DNA from: an uncultured Bacteroidales bacterium
GTDB taxonomy: Bacteria > Bacteroidota > Bacteroidia > Bacteroidales > UBA4417
Direction: 5' to 3'
Length of the DNA: 64,000 nucleotides
Assembly (NCBI GenBank): GCA_903864265.1
Contig: CAIPFN010000211.1
Coordinates: forward strand, 6,837 to 70,836
Shown: one piece after another, positions 45,580 to 55,273 of the stretch
How the letters are laid out: each line of letters opens with the position of its first letter
Numbering within the stretch: the stretch's first letter is position 1
Program-made: the position numbers and the translations under genes
Notes under the pieces: generated by a model
Told to the model about the DNA's origin: nothing
Databases searched by the model: none
Seen by the model: the letters and a program-made list of their open reading frames with translations, nothing else

Positions 45580-47732
45580 TTAGTTGCGAATATCCAGTTC
45601 TTTGATCAGGTTGGTGGCACCGGCATATTTCTCGATAATAAACAGAACGTAGCGTATGTCGACGCAGATAGTGCGCTGCAGCTGGGGTTCAAAAGCATAG
45701 TTGCCACTCATGGCTTCCCAGTTGCCGTCGAAAGCAAGGCCGGTAAGTTCGCCATCGCCGTTCAGCACAGGGCTTCCCGAATTCCCTCCCGTAATGTCAT
45801 TGTTGGTCAGAAAGGCCACCACCATTTTGCCGTTTTCGCCATAGCGGCCATAATCTTTGTCCTTATAAAGCTGTTTGAGCTTTGCCGGCACCACGAATTC
45901 CCAGTTCGAAGGGTCTTCTTTTGCCATCAGCCCGTCGAGGGTGGTGACGTAATCAAAATCAACGGCATCGGCAGGACTGTAGTCGAGCACTTTGCCATAG
46001 GTAACCCGCATGGTGCTGTTGGCGTCGGGATAGAAATTCCTGTCGCTTTGCATTTCACGCAATCCTTTCACGAACTGCCTGCGACCTTTAGCCAGCAGAT
46101 CGTTGGCCGGTTTCACCAGGCTGTCGATGACTGTAGCATTGTCGGCAAAGGCTTTTTGCAGGGGCCAGGCCATATCCTTCTGCAAGGTTTTTAATTTAGG
46201 ATTTACCAGGAACAAATCCACTTTCGATTTACTGCCGAAGATAGTTTTGCTGAAAACGGCCTGGGCATAGGCTTCGAAACTGCCCTTGTATTTTTTATGG
46301 ATTTTCTCCAGGTATGCGGGCTGCATTTGTTTGGGAACATCGTCGTAATACAGCTGAAGCATGGCGGCCAGCATTTTAACATCGGTAGCCATATTGTAAT
46401 TCTTGAAATACAAGCCCGATGCTTCCGACACCTGGTCGGAATATTTATGAATAAGCTGCTGATCAGGAGTCTTTTTGGCCAGTTCATCGGCCAGTTTATT
46501 GAAATTCCTTGTAAAAGCGATGATCTCACAGCCACGGTTAATAGCCTCCGAATTGTATCGCACTGCCGCTTCGTATTTATTGATGGTTTCGTAAGCGGTC
46601 GAAATGGTATACAGAGCATCGCGGTATTTAACGCTGCGGTCCTTATCAGCGTTGAGCCATTTTACAAACTGCTCCTCAATTTCCTGTTTACGGTCGTACA
46701 CAGCAAGACGTTTCAGCCCTTGTTCTGACCGATAAAAAATTTCCAGTAATTGGCCGACCCGGCGTATTTTGACGCATATTTTATACGCACTTCCGCATCG
46801 GCAGCCATATCGGTACGTAGGATATCCAGTTTTTTAGTGCGTATTTTAACCACCATGGGGTTGTTTTTTTCCAGGGCCCACTTAACAGTATTGGAGGTAG
46901 CATATCGGTCAGTCGAACCGGGATACCCCATGATCATCTCAAAATCCCCGCGTTTTTTCTCCTTGATCGAAACGGGCAGAAACTGTTTTGACTTCATAGG
47001 AACATTATCGGCCGAGTATTCGGCTGGCTGATTCTCGCGGTTGGCATAAACGCGGAAAACAGAAAAATCGCCGGTGTGCCTCGGCCACATCCAGTTATCG
47101 GTATCGGCACCAAATTTTCCGATCGACGAAGGAGGTGCTCCCACCAGCCTGACATCCTTATACACTTCATACAGGAACAGATAATATTCGTTGCCGTTAA
47201 AAAACGAAACCGTGCGGGCATCGTATTGAGTTCCCTTGGTATTGGTGAACTCAATTTTTTTAGCGTTCTCCTTTATTTTATCCGATCGTTCCGATTCGGT
47301 CATATTGTCCTTTACCCCGGCTAATACCGTGGCCGTAACATCCTGTATGCTCACCAGAAAACGGGCCGTGAGCCCTGGCGTAGGCAATTCCTCCTCGTAC
47401 CGGCTTGCCCAGAAGCCATCGCTCAGGTAATCGTGGTCAACTGTGCTGTGCGACTGAATGGAGCCGTAACCGCAGTGATGGTTGGTAAAGATCAGGCCGT
47501 TGGGCGAAACAATTTCACCGGTACATCCGCCACCGAACATGATAATGGCGTCCTTCAGGCTGGAGTGGTTGATGCTGTATATTTCTTCCGCCGTAAGATG
47601 CAGCCCTTCTTTCTGCATATCTACATAATTCAGGCGCTGTATAAACATTGGCAGCCACATGCCTTCGTCGGCACGGCTCTGAAAGGTGAAAGTTGATAAC
47701 AATACTAAAAGCGCAAGAGTAATTTTTTTCAT
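45580..47732 (-). pseudogene. Second S46 dipeptidyl-peptidase, split by a 1-nt frameshift near 46725-46728
   Basis: ORF 46713..47732 is the N-terminal half (DEGMWLP, TNHHCG). ORF 45580..46701 is the C-terminal half (GGNSGSPV). Joining frame 1 (...YWKFFIG) to frame 2 (EQGLKRLAVYDRKQE...) aligns without gaps to the intact paralog (TWKNKLGEARDLKRLNVVQKKQE). Confidence 0.8.
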
Positions 47733-48027
47733 CTGCTTTATTCTTCGGTTTTATTGATGGTTATGTTTCAGTAAAATGGTATGCTTTTTTTATTTATAGA
47801 AAAATGTACGAAGCTGCTGAACGTTAACAGATTCCAATTTCCGGTCAGCGGCAAAAAAATAAACCTATGCTTATTACCGGACCTTGCTGATGTATGGCTA
47901 TAAATCAGGTGTTTGAAGGCTCAGTTCAGGATGGAGGGATTTTAATAACCCATTTACTTCCTTTGGTTACTCCTTTGCCCGGAGTACACTGCCCCGGAAC
48001 ATGGAACCCGCAATCATTCCGTATAAT

Positions 48028-49119
48028 CTATACAAACTGCTCCCCTTTGGCATTCCTGACCGCATCCACATAGCTTCTGATGTTCTGTTCGTCGTTGCGT
48101 TTGCATATCAGCAGTATGCCATTGTCTTCAACCACTATACAGTCGTCGAGTCCCTGTACCACGGCTACAATGTCTTTCGGCAGGTTGATAATGCAGTTAT
48201 GCGTATCGAAAGTGAGTGGTTTTGATCCCATCAGAGCATTTCCGTTGGCATCCTTAGCCGAAGTATCGTAAAGCGAGCCCCAGGTACCCAGGTCGCTCCA
48301 GCCGATATCAGCGGCCAGTACAAATACATTATCAGCCTTTTCCATCACGCCATAGTCGATTGAAATGCTTTTACATATCGTATAGGCACTTTCAATATAC
48401 GTGGCTTCATCATCAGTATAGTACAGATCGGCTCCCTCTTTAAAGAGTGCGTTCAGTTCGGGCAGATGCTCCTCGAAGGCCGACATGATGCTTTTGATGG
48501 ACCAGATAAATATGCCCGCATTCCACAGGAAATCGCCGCTTTGCAGGAAGGATAAGGCCAGTTCATGATTTGGTTTTTCGGTAAAGGTTTTTACTTTACG
48601 AACCTTACAGTCAGGCTGGTAGGCATGGGCTTCATCGAATTGAATATAGCCGTACCCGGTATCGGGCCTGCTGGGAGTAATGCCCAGGGTGAGCAGCCAG
48701 TCGTTTTTCGAGGCCGCCTGCAGTGCACAAAGCAAGGTTTGAGTAAAGACTTCTTCTTTCAGTATGATATGGTCAGAAGGCGCAACTACAATACAGGCAT
48801 TGGGATTAAGCTTGTAGATTTTGTGCGTGGCGTAGGCAATACAGGGAGCGGTGTTGCGGCGCATGGGTTCGCACAGCACATGAGCAGGGATAATGTAGGG
48901 TAATTGCTCTACTACCTGGTCGAAATACTGCTGGTGGGTGACTACAAAAATGTTTTCGGCAGGACAAATGGTTGTAAGCCTGCGGAAGGTTTGCTGAATC
49001 AATGTTTCACCCGTTCCCAGTATATCAATAAACTGCTTGGGGCGGGCATTACGGCTGAGAGGCCAGAAACGTGCGCCCACACCCCCGGCCATGATAACAC
49101 AATAGTAGTCTTTGTTCAT
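48028..49119 (-). CDS. manC: Mannose-1-phosphate guanylyltransferase
   Basis: 363 aa. The N-terminal VIMAGGVGARFWPLSR...PKQF nucleotidyltransferase motif and overall length fit the short (no PMI domain) ManC type. Confidence 0.85.
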   Translation of the reverse strand: MNKDYYCVIMAGGVGARFWPLSRNARPKQFIDILGTGETLIQQTFRRLTTICPAENIFVVTHQQYFDQVVEQLPYIIPAHVLCEPMRRNTAPCIAYATHKIYKLNPNACIVVAPSDHIILKEEVFTQTLLCALQAASKNDWLLTLGITPSRPDTGYGYIQFDEAHAYQPDCKVRKVKTFTEKPNHELALSFLQSGDFLWNAGIFIWSIKSIMSAFEEHLPELNALFKEGADLYYTDDEATYIESAYTICKSISIDYGVMEKADNVFVLAADIGWSDLGTWGSLYDTSAKDANGNALMGSKPLTFDTHNCIINLPKDIVAVVQGLDDCIVVEDNGILLICKRNDEQNIRSYVDAVRNAKGEQFV

Positions 49120-49180
49120 CAGCTAAATTTTTTAGTATAACAATTTAAATTACAACAATTTGACGAAGAATCACTTTTTG

Positions 49181-49188
49181 CAAAGGTA
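49181..49188 (-). promoter_or_regulatory. -7 box TACCTTTG upstream of manC
   Basis: Exact TAnnTTTG on the minus strand, 62 nt upstream of ATG 49119. The same TACCTTTG octamer appears at the lnt promoter. No clean -33 element. Confidence 0.35.
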
Positions 49189-49310
49189 ATAAAACCAATT
49201 TCAGATTCATGCTTTGTTCCTGAGGATTTACGGATTTGCTGATATTTCTTTTCGTATAAAGGGTTTCTGATCTGCAAGCTTTAACCCTCCAATGAAAATC
49301 CACAAACCTG

Positions 49311-49925
49311 TCACGCCTGGAGCACCTGTGCCGATCGGGGAACCAGGTAATATTTCCTGGTTGCCGGGCAAAAACACTTGTATCGGGTGCGGAGTTTTTC
49401 CAGCTTAACAAACTGCCGCCCGCTAGCCAGTGTAAAGGTACTGTTAAGAGGTATATCGTTCACGGTAACTATGGCCGTTCCGCCTTCAAGCGATGCCAGG
49501 GTGTTGATCAGCCTGGTGTCGCGGTGAAAGGTGGCAGGTGTGGTGATGAAATACCTTTTCAATTCCGCTGAAAGCACCCTCTCAAACACCTGCTGTTCAA
49601 AGTAGGGTTGCACCAGCATACGGTAGGCATTCTTCCATTCGGGACCATGAGGCCTGGCTTTTCGTCCGAATTGTTTATTTACCACCAGGTGCGCCAGTTC
49701 ATGCAGAAACACCAGCAGGAAAGTGTACTGCCCCAGGTCGGAATTGATCTGGATGGTAGGCCGCCCGCCATTGCGCACACCTTTAAAACTTCCGAGCCTC
49801 GACTGGCGCGGCTTGGTGATGCGGAAAAGAAAATGGTATTCTGTAAAAAGTGCTTCTGTCAGCCGGTGTGCCTGCTCCGGGAATCGCGAAAGTACACCCT
49901 CAATGGATTCAGGCTTGTAGGGCAT
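49311..49925 (-). CDS. SprT-like zinc metalloprotease domain protein
   Basis: 204 aa with HExxH in FLHELAHLVV, a downstream H (RPHGPEW) and a Cys-containing C-terminal segment, as in SprT-family proteins. Confidence 0.75.
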   Translation of the reverse strand: MPYKPESIEGVLSRFPEQAHRLTEALFTEYHFLFRITKPRQSRLGSFKGVRNGGRPTIQINSDLGQYTFLLVFLHELAHLVVNKQFGRKARPHGPEWKNAYRMLVQPYFEQQVFERVLSAELKRYFITTPATFHRDTRLINTLASLEGGTAIVTVNDIPLNSTFTLASGRQFVKLEKLRTRYKCFCPATRKYYLVPRSAQVLQA

Positions 49926-50151
49926 AGACAGCTAAGGGGTATGTTTTGATGGTATGATTACCGGATGGGGTGAGCAGGCATCCGCAACGGCTATGACCCG
50001 TTGATGCCGGGGTACGGTTCCAGTTGCGCTGGCTGTGGTACCGGCTGCTGCTGCACCCCGTTGCGACAAGCAGAGTTGCAACGAATAGCAGCAGAACCAG
50101 CTGATGTATCCTGAAACGGGAAGGTATGTGATGGAACATGAGAGTTTTCAT
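49909..50151 (-). CDS. Possible small lipoprotein (80 aa)
   Basis: MKTLMFHHIPSRFRIHQLVLLLFVATLLVATGCSSS has an n-region, an h-region and a lipobox-like ATGC. Its 3' end overlaps the SprT-like start by 17 nt. There is no homology evidence. Confidence 0.3.
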   Translation of the reverse strand: MKTLMFHHIPSRFRIHQLVLLLFVATLLVATGCSSSRYHSQRNWNRTPASTGHSRCGCLLTPSGNHTIKTYPLAVYALQA

Positions 50152-50290
50152 TTGAGCCAATTTTAAGGTATTTTTACACATCATTTCACTTGAATTCCTG
50201 ACATTAATTCCGTCAGCTTGATTAGAAAATATTCAACAGTGGGTGCTAATCCTAAAAATTACGCTAATTTAGCACTTATTATTGTACGAA

Positions 50291-51031
50291 ATGAAATTTT
50301 TATTCCACTTTGGGCGTTACTTAAGCCTCTTACGCCAGGCCTTTCAACGTCCTGAGAAACAGTCAATTTACATCCGGCAGATCCTGGTTGAGATGGAGAA
50401 TCTGGGATTGGCATCGGTTGGCATTGTAGCCATCATATCCGTGTTTATGGGTGCTGTTGTGGCTATTCAAATGGCCTTTAACATTGACACTCCGCTGATT
50501 CCGTCGTATACTATCGGGTTTGTGACCCGACAGAGTGTGGTGCTTGAGTTTTCGCCTACCATTATCAGCCTGATCCTGGCAGGTAAAGTGGGTTCCCGCA
50601 TAGCTTCCGAGCTGGGAACCATGCGCGTGACCGAACAGATTGACGCCCTCGAAATCATGGGTATCAACCCGGCTACCTTCCTGATCCTCCCTAAAATTGT
50701 TGCCGCCATGCTGATCAACCCTTTCCTGATCGGGATGAGTATGATACTTTCGGTTGGCGGCGGATGGCTCGCCGGCATTTCAACTGGTCTTTTCCCTTCG
50801 GCCGAATATATTACCGGCATACAATCGTTTTTTCACATGTATGATATCTTCTACGCCTTAATCAAAACGGTGGTGTTTGCCTTTTTAATCGCTTCGGTGT
50901 CGGCATATAACGGATTCTACACCAAAGGCGGAGCCCTCGAAGTAGGCGAAGCCAGCACCAATGGAGTGGTTTACAGCAGCATATCCATTATTTTTACCAA
51001 CCTCATCCTCACTCAAATCCTGCTGGCATGA
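50291..51031 (+). CDS. mlaE: MlaE-family ABC transporter permease
   Basis: About 246 aa from ATG 50291. The conserved EQIDALEIMGINP motif and 5-TM pattern fit MlaE/Ttg2B. Confidence 0.88.
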   Translation: MKFLFHFGRYLSLLRQAFQRPEKQSIYIRQILVEMENLGLASVGIVAIISVFMGAVVAIQMAFNIDTPLIPSYTIGFVTRQSVVLEFSPTIISLILAGKVGSRIASELGTMRVTEQIDALEIMGINPATFLILPKIVAAMLINPFLIGMSMILSVGGGWLAGISTGLFPSAEYITGIQSFFHMYDIFYALIKTVVFAFLIASVSAYNGFYTKGGALEVGEASTNGVVYSSISIIFTNLILTQILLA

Positions 51032-51786
51032 TAGAAGGTAAAAATATAAGCAAGAGTTTTGGTGACCGCCTGGTGCTGGACAATATTTCGGTCACCATGG
51101 AGAAAGGCATCACCAACCTGATTATAGGTCAGAGCGGCATGGGTAAAACCGTACTGCTGAAATGCCTGGTGGGCCTGATCAAAGCCGACCAGGGACAGGT
51201 TTTTTACGACAGCCGGGCCTTCTCCAAGATGTCGTTTAACGAAATGAAGGAAATCAGGCAGGAAATCGGTATGCTTTTCCAGGGCGGTGCTTTGTTCGAT
51301 TCGCTCACCGTGGAGCAGAATGTGATGTTCCCCCTTACCATGTTCACCACCCAGACTCCCCAGGAAAAACTGGAACGGGCCAACTTCTGTCTTTCGAGGG
51401 TAAACCTGGAGAATGTAAATAAGCTGTACCCTTCGGAACTAAGCGGGGGCATGAAAAAAAGAGTGGCCATTGCCCGCGCCATTTCCATGAACCCACGCTA
51501 CCTGTTTTGCGATGAGCCCAACTCGGGCCTCGATCCGCAGACCGCCCACCTCATCGATGAACTCATCAAGGAAATCACCCTGGAGTATAATATGACAACC
51601 GTGGTGGTAACTCACGATATGAACTCGGTGCTCGAAATCGGTGAAAAGATTTACTTCATCTACCAGGGGAAACTATGGTGGGAAGGCAATAAAAACAACA
51701 TTTTACACACGGAAAATACCGAATTGCAGGCTTTTGTATTTACTTCGGAACTGACCAAACGTTTGCGGCCTAAAAAAGGCGCTTAA
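51028..51786 (+). CDS. mlaF: MlaF-like ABC transporter ATP-binding protein
   Basis: 252 aa with Walker A GQSGMGKT, signature LSGGMKKRVAIARA and Walker B LFCDEPNSGLD. The start overlaps the mlaE stop (ATGA at 51028-51031). Confidence 0.9.
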   Translation: MIEGKNISKSFGDRLVLDNISVTMEKGITNLIIGQSGMGKTVLLKCLVGLIKADQGQVFYDSRAFSKMSFNEMKEIRQEIGMLFQGGALFDSLTVEQNVMFPLTMFTTQTPQEKLERANFCLSRVNLENVNKLYPSELSGGMKKRVAIARAISMNPRYLFCDEPNSGLDPQTAHLIDELIKEITLEYNMTTVVVTHDMNSVLEIGEKIYFIYQGKLWWEGNKNNILHTENTELQAFVFTSELTKRLRPKKGA

Positions 51787-51910
51787 AATTCCGGATGCCT
51801 GATGCCGGTCGGGGCAGCTGCCGTTACCGGATGTAGCATTCCGGCCTGCTTACAAAGTGACCATCTCAAATCCCGCTGCTTACCATACTCACCTCAACCC
51901 GAAAAAAGAA

Positions 51911-52462
51911 ATGTCAACCCTGGACATCATCCTTGTCATCTTCCTTTTTTACTTTGCCTTCAGAGGATTCACGGGCGGTTTCATTATCAGCATTGCTACG
52001 CTTGCCGGGCTGGTACTTGGTTTTTACGCGGCTTCGCATTTCTCCGAGTTTACCGCCAACTGGCTTCAGCACGATATGGGACTGAAAAGCGGGAACATCA
52101 GGCTTATAGCCTATTTTGTCACTTTCATCATCGTAGTTGTGCTGGTATATTGGCTGGGAAGGTTTATGACCGGCATAGTGAAGACGGTAGGGCTTGGAAT
52201 TGTAAACCGGCTGGCCGGAGCATTATTAGGCATAGCTAAAGGTTTGTTGATCGCCAGTTTCCTGTTTTTACTGCTGGCCCGCTTGGACTCCAGTGGAAGC
52301 CTGTTTACGGCTGCACACAAAAAAGGTTCGGTATTATATAAGCCGGTTTCGGCCATAGCCCCGGCCGTAATCCCTTTGTTGCAGAAATACACCGTTAAGG
52401 TTGAGGATATGCTCCATCACGATGACAGCCCAGCGAAACCGACCAGGGGCGCCAGGGTATAA
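51911..52462 (+). CDS. cvpA: CvpA-family membrane protein
   Basis: I start it at ATG 51911 (MSTLDIILVIFLFYFAFRGFTGGFI...), the typical CvpA N-terminus. It has four TM segments. Confidence 0.8.
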   Translation: MSTLDIILVIFLFYFAFRGFTGGFIISIATLAGLVLGFYAASHFSEFTANWLQHDMGLKSGNIRLIAYFVTFIIVVVLVYWLGRFMTGIVKTVGLGIVNRLAGALLGIAKGLLIASFLFLLLARLDSSGSLFTAAHKKGSVLYKPVSAIAPAVIPLLQKYTVKVEDMLHHDDSPAKPTRGARV

Positions 52463-52471
52463 ATTTCAGTT

Positions 52472-53935
52472 TTATTTCCTGTACCGGCAAACGTAGCAAT
52501 CACCCATCCTGAATTCATCTCCGTTTTTATAGATTGGCGTTCCAAACTGATTCAGCGAATCGGGAAAAGCATCCATCCACCCATCGCGGATAACGTATAA
52601 AGTGTCGCGTTCCATCACCTTATAGGCCATATCCCGGTTCCGCACACTCGACCTATCGTTGGGTGTTGCTACAATCTGATCAGGATTCGATGCCGAATTG
52701 ATATAGGAATTCCAATAATCACCTATAATCCCGATCTTTCCCAGGCTTTCGAACTCCCGCACATATTCGATCCGCGGTTTCAGCGTTTTCGGCCATATGT
52801 ATTTAAGGTTATACACGCTGCCCAGGCCTGCCGTAACCACGGCTATCATCATAGCCGCCTGAAGCCATTTTTTCACTTCTGATGCTGACAGATATTCAAA
52901 TATCAGCAGGAACGCCATCCAGAAGGTTATATAACTACTGGTAAAATATCGCCTGGGCACGCCATTCATATAGGCCCATTTCGAAAGCATGATAAGGCAG
53001 AACAGCAATATAAAGTCAAGAATGAAAAAATACAACCATTTGCGCTCGTTCAGCGGGAAATGGATATGTCTACGCATGAGCAACAATGCACCGGCAAGCA
53101 CGAGAACAAGGTAAAGATAAGCACTTGTAAATGGTTCCGAAGCTTTAAAAAGAAGCAGTTCTCTCATTGAATCCCCGAACAATCGGAGCGAAGAAACAAC
53201 CGTATTTAAATCGTTGAAATTATTGTACAGGGGCGATTTCATTGCAAAGTGTTTCCCGTATAAAATGAAGGCTGCCCCCAGCAGGCTTCCTGTTATGCCG
53301 TAGCAAAGTTCCCATCTCCACCTGAACGCCTTTTTGGTGGGAACCCTCTTTTGTCCTGATCCAAAATATACCTGCACTGCCACGATCAGAACAGCAGAAA
53401 GCGCGGCCAGGTCCGAAACCCAGGCTGCAAGAATAAAAAGGAAGGTGATGGACAGCAGAAGTAAATGCTGTTTCAGCCGGTATTTTTCAAAAGGCACTTC
53501 ATACATTTTAATAATCAGGAAAATGCCGATGGCCAGCAGGCTATATTCCTCCCCTATGTTTAAACGCAATAAATCGATAAGCCGTATGGGAGGGAAAAAC
53601 CATATGACAGCCAATGCAAAACGGCTGAATCTTGCTTTTAACAATCCTGCAAAAGCAAAATACCCGGCCACGAGCAACAGGTAGTGGGCTATGGATTCGG
53701 AAGTCAGGGGCGAGAGGCCCAGTCCGCGGTACAAAGGTTGTCCAAGCAGGGGGATTAATGAGCCATACCTGTCCTGCCCCCAGAAATACAAATCATGAGG
53801 CAGCTTAAAATCATGTATCATCAGCACCTGTATGGCATCGTCGGAACCTAAAAGAGGGTAAAAGTTCGAAGAATAGAGAAAAAAGGATAAGACAATTATC
53901 CCTGAAATGCTGATATAATAAATAATATTCTTCAT
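52472..53935 (-). CDS. Polytopic membrane protein of unknown function (possibly GT-C/ArnT-like glycosyltransferase)
   Basis: 487 aa with more than 10 hydrophobic segments and a ~90-aa soluble C-terminal domain. The glycosyltransferase suggestion rests only on topology resemblance. Confidence 0.6.
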   Translation of the reverse strand: MKNIIYYISISGIIVLSFFLYSSNFYPLLGSDDAIQVLMIHDFKLPHDLYFWGQDRYGSLIPLLGQPLYRGLGLSPLTSESIAHYLLLVAGYFAFAGLLKARFSRFALAVIWFFPPIRLIDLLRLNIGEEYSLLAIGIFLIIKMYEVPFEKYRLKQHLLLLSITFLFILAAWVSDLAALSAVLIVAVQVYFGSGQKRVPTKKAFRWRWELCYGITGSLLGAAFILYGKHFAMKSPLYNNFNDLNTVVSSLRLFGDSMRELLLFKASEPFTSAYLYLVLVLAGALLLMRRHIHFPLNERKWLYFFILDFILLFCLIMLSKWAYMNGVPRRYFTSSYITFWMAFLLIFEYLSASEVKKWLQAAMMIAVVTAGLGSVYNLKYIWPKTLKPRIEYVREFESLGKIGIIGDYWNSYINSASNPDQIVATPNDRSSVRNRDMAYKVMERDTLYVIRDGWMDAFPDSLNQFGTPIYKNGDEFRMGDCYVCRYRK

Positions 53936-54053
53936 CAGTGCCCGGTTTTACGGCCATGAAAATTACAATATTTTTCGCTGCAGGTCGGCGCTCTATGTAT
54001 TTTTTGCTTTTTTCCTTATCTTTACAATCAGGAAGAAAAACTAAAAACAGGCC

Positions 54054-55181
54054 ATGAAAACCTTGAGATTTGTTTTTTCAGTGATACTTTTCGCATACCC
54101 TTGTTTTTCCTGCGGCCATACAAGCGGCACAACCCCAGGAATAGATCAGCCAAAGGTCATACGTTTCCTCAAATACAAGTATATCGATCAGCAGGGTACC
54201 GGCCTGGAAGCCTTCAGTTTCCTGATGCCGTCGGACTGGGCATTTGAAGGCGGTATGACATGGATTCTCGACAATCCGGTAATGCCTTCGGTAACGGCTT
54301 TCAGGGTTTTTAACCCAAAAGGCAAGGATGAATTTGAGGTTTTCGAAAACCAGAGTTATTTCTGGACCTCTAACCTACAGCTGTTGGGCATGTTCCCCCC
54401 GGGCACCAAATACTTTGGCAGCGTGGTGAAGAAACCGCTTACAGCGCAGAAGGCGCTACGCAACATTATCCTTACCGGCCAGCGCGGCCAGTATACCGAC
54501 CTGAAGGTACTTAAGGACGAGGACCTGCCCCGGCTCCCACAGGCGCTGAACGCCGGCAAGCAGGCTCAGGGCTATGGTACGTCGGGGGCAAGCGGCGCTA
54601 ACCTGAGGGTTAGCTATACCAAAAACGGTGTGCCCATGGAGGAGGAATTTTACGCCGTGGTGGAGCAATTTACTTTCCCGGTGCGGGGCATGTTTGGAAC
54701 CACCTACAACACTATGTGGTTTGTGGATTATATTTTCTCGTTCAAGGGCGAAAAAGGGGAAGTGGAGAACTCGGCCAGGATATTTCAAACTATTATCTCT
54801 TCGTTTAAACTGAATCCTAAATGGTATGCCAGGTACAGCAATGTAATCGAATACCTGGCACAGCAACAGATAAGGCAGATACAAAGCGTAGGCGAGTTAA
54901 GCCGTATGCTCAGCCGCGTGAGCGACCAGATCAGTGATGAAAAGATGCAGCAGTTTGAAGCGCGTGGGGAGGTGTATGATAAAGTATCGCAAAAGTTCAG
55001 CGACAACACCCTGGGCATCGACCGGTATTACGATCCTCACGAAGGCAGGGAAGTTGAACTGCCAGCCGGATACAATCATGCCTGGAGTAACAATAACGGA
55101 GAATATATTGTGAGCGACAACCCGAATTTTAACCCGAACGTGGGTTCGGGTCTTCAATGGGAACCGATGGAGCGAAAATAG
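54054..55181 (+). CDS. Hypothetical lipoprotein
   Basis: 375 aa with a signal and Cys (ILFAYPCFSCGHT). I recognise no family. Confidence 0.65.
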   Translation: MKTLRFVFSVILFAYPCFSCGHTSGTTPGIDQPKVIRFLKYKYIDQQGTGLEAFSFLMPSDWAFEGGMTWILDNPVMPSVTAFRVFNPKGKDEFEVFENQSYFWTSNLQLLGMFPPGTKYFGSVVKKPLTAQKALRNIILTGQRGQYTDLKVLKDEDLPRLPQALNAGKQAQGYGTSGASGANLRVSYTKNGVPMEEEFYAVVEQFTFPVRGMFGTTYNTMWFVDYIFSFKGEKGEVENSARIFQTIISSFKLNPKWYARYSNVIEYLAQQQIRQIQSVGELSRMLSRVSDQISDEKMQQFEARGEVYDKVSQKFSDNTLGIDRYYDPHEGREVELPAGYNHAWSNNNGEYIVSDNPNFNPNVGSGLQWEPMERK

Positions 55182-55205
55182 AATAGCAGATGTTGATTCA
55201 GTGAA

Positions 55206-55253
55206 AAATGCCTTGAGTTCCGATTTTATAAAAATCTTACACTCAAGGCATTT
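55206..55253. terminator. Bidirectional terminator between the convergent lipoprotein gene and pgk
   Basis: Perfect 13-bp stem AAATGCCTTGAGT / ACTCAAGGCATTT with a 22-nt AT-rich loop, flanked by A-tract and T-tract. Confidence 0.7.
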
Positions 55254-55273
55254 CCGTTATTTCTGATTCAGGC

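Noticed and set aside
46701-46730. Programmed ribosomal frameshifting in the split S46 gene.
   Set aside because: No slippery heptamer or downstream structure is present at the junction. The intact paralog shows the ancestral state is a single frame. A simple 1-nt loss explains the data.
51802-52239. 145-aa plus-strand ORF overlapping cvpA in another frame.
   Set aside because: The overlapping frame gives a typical CvpA protein. This frame is Cys/His/Arg-rich and not membrane-protein-like.
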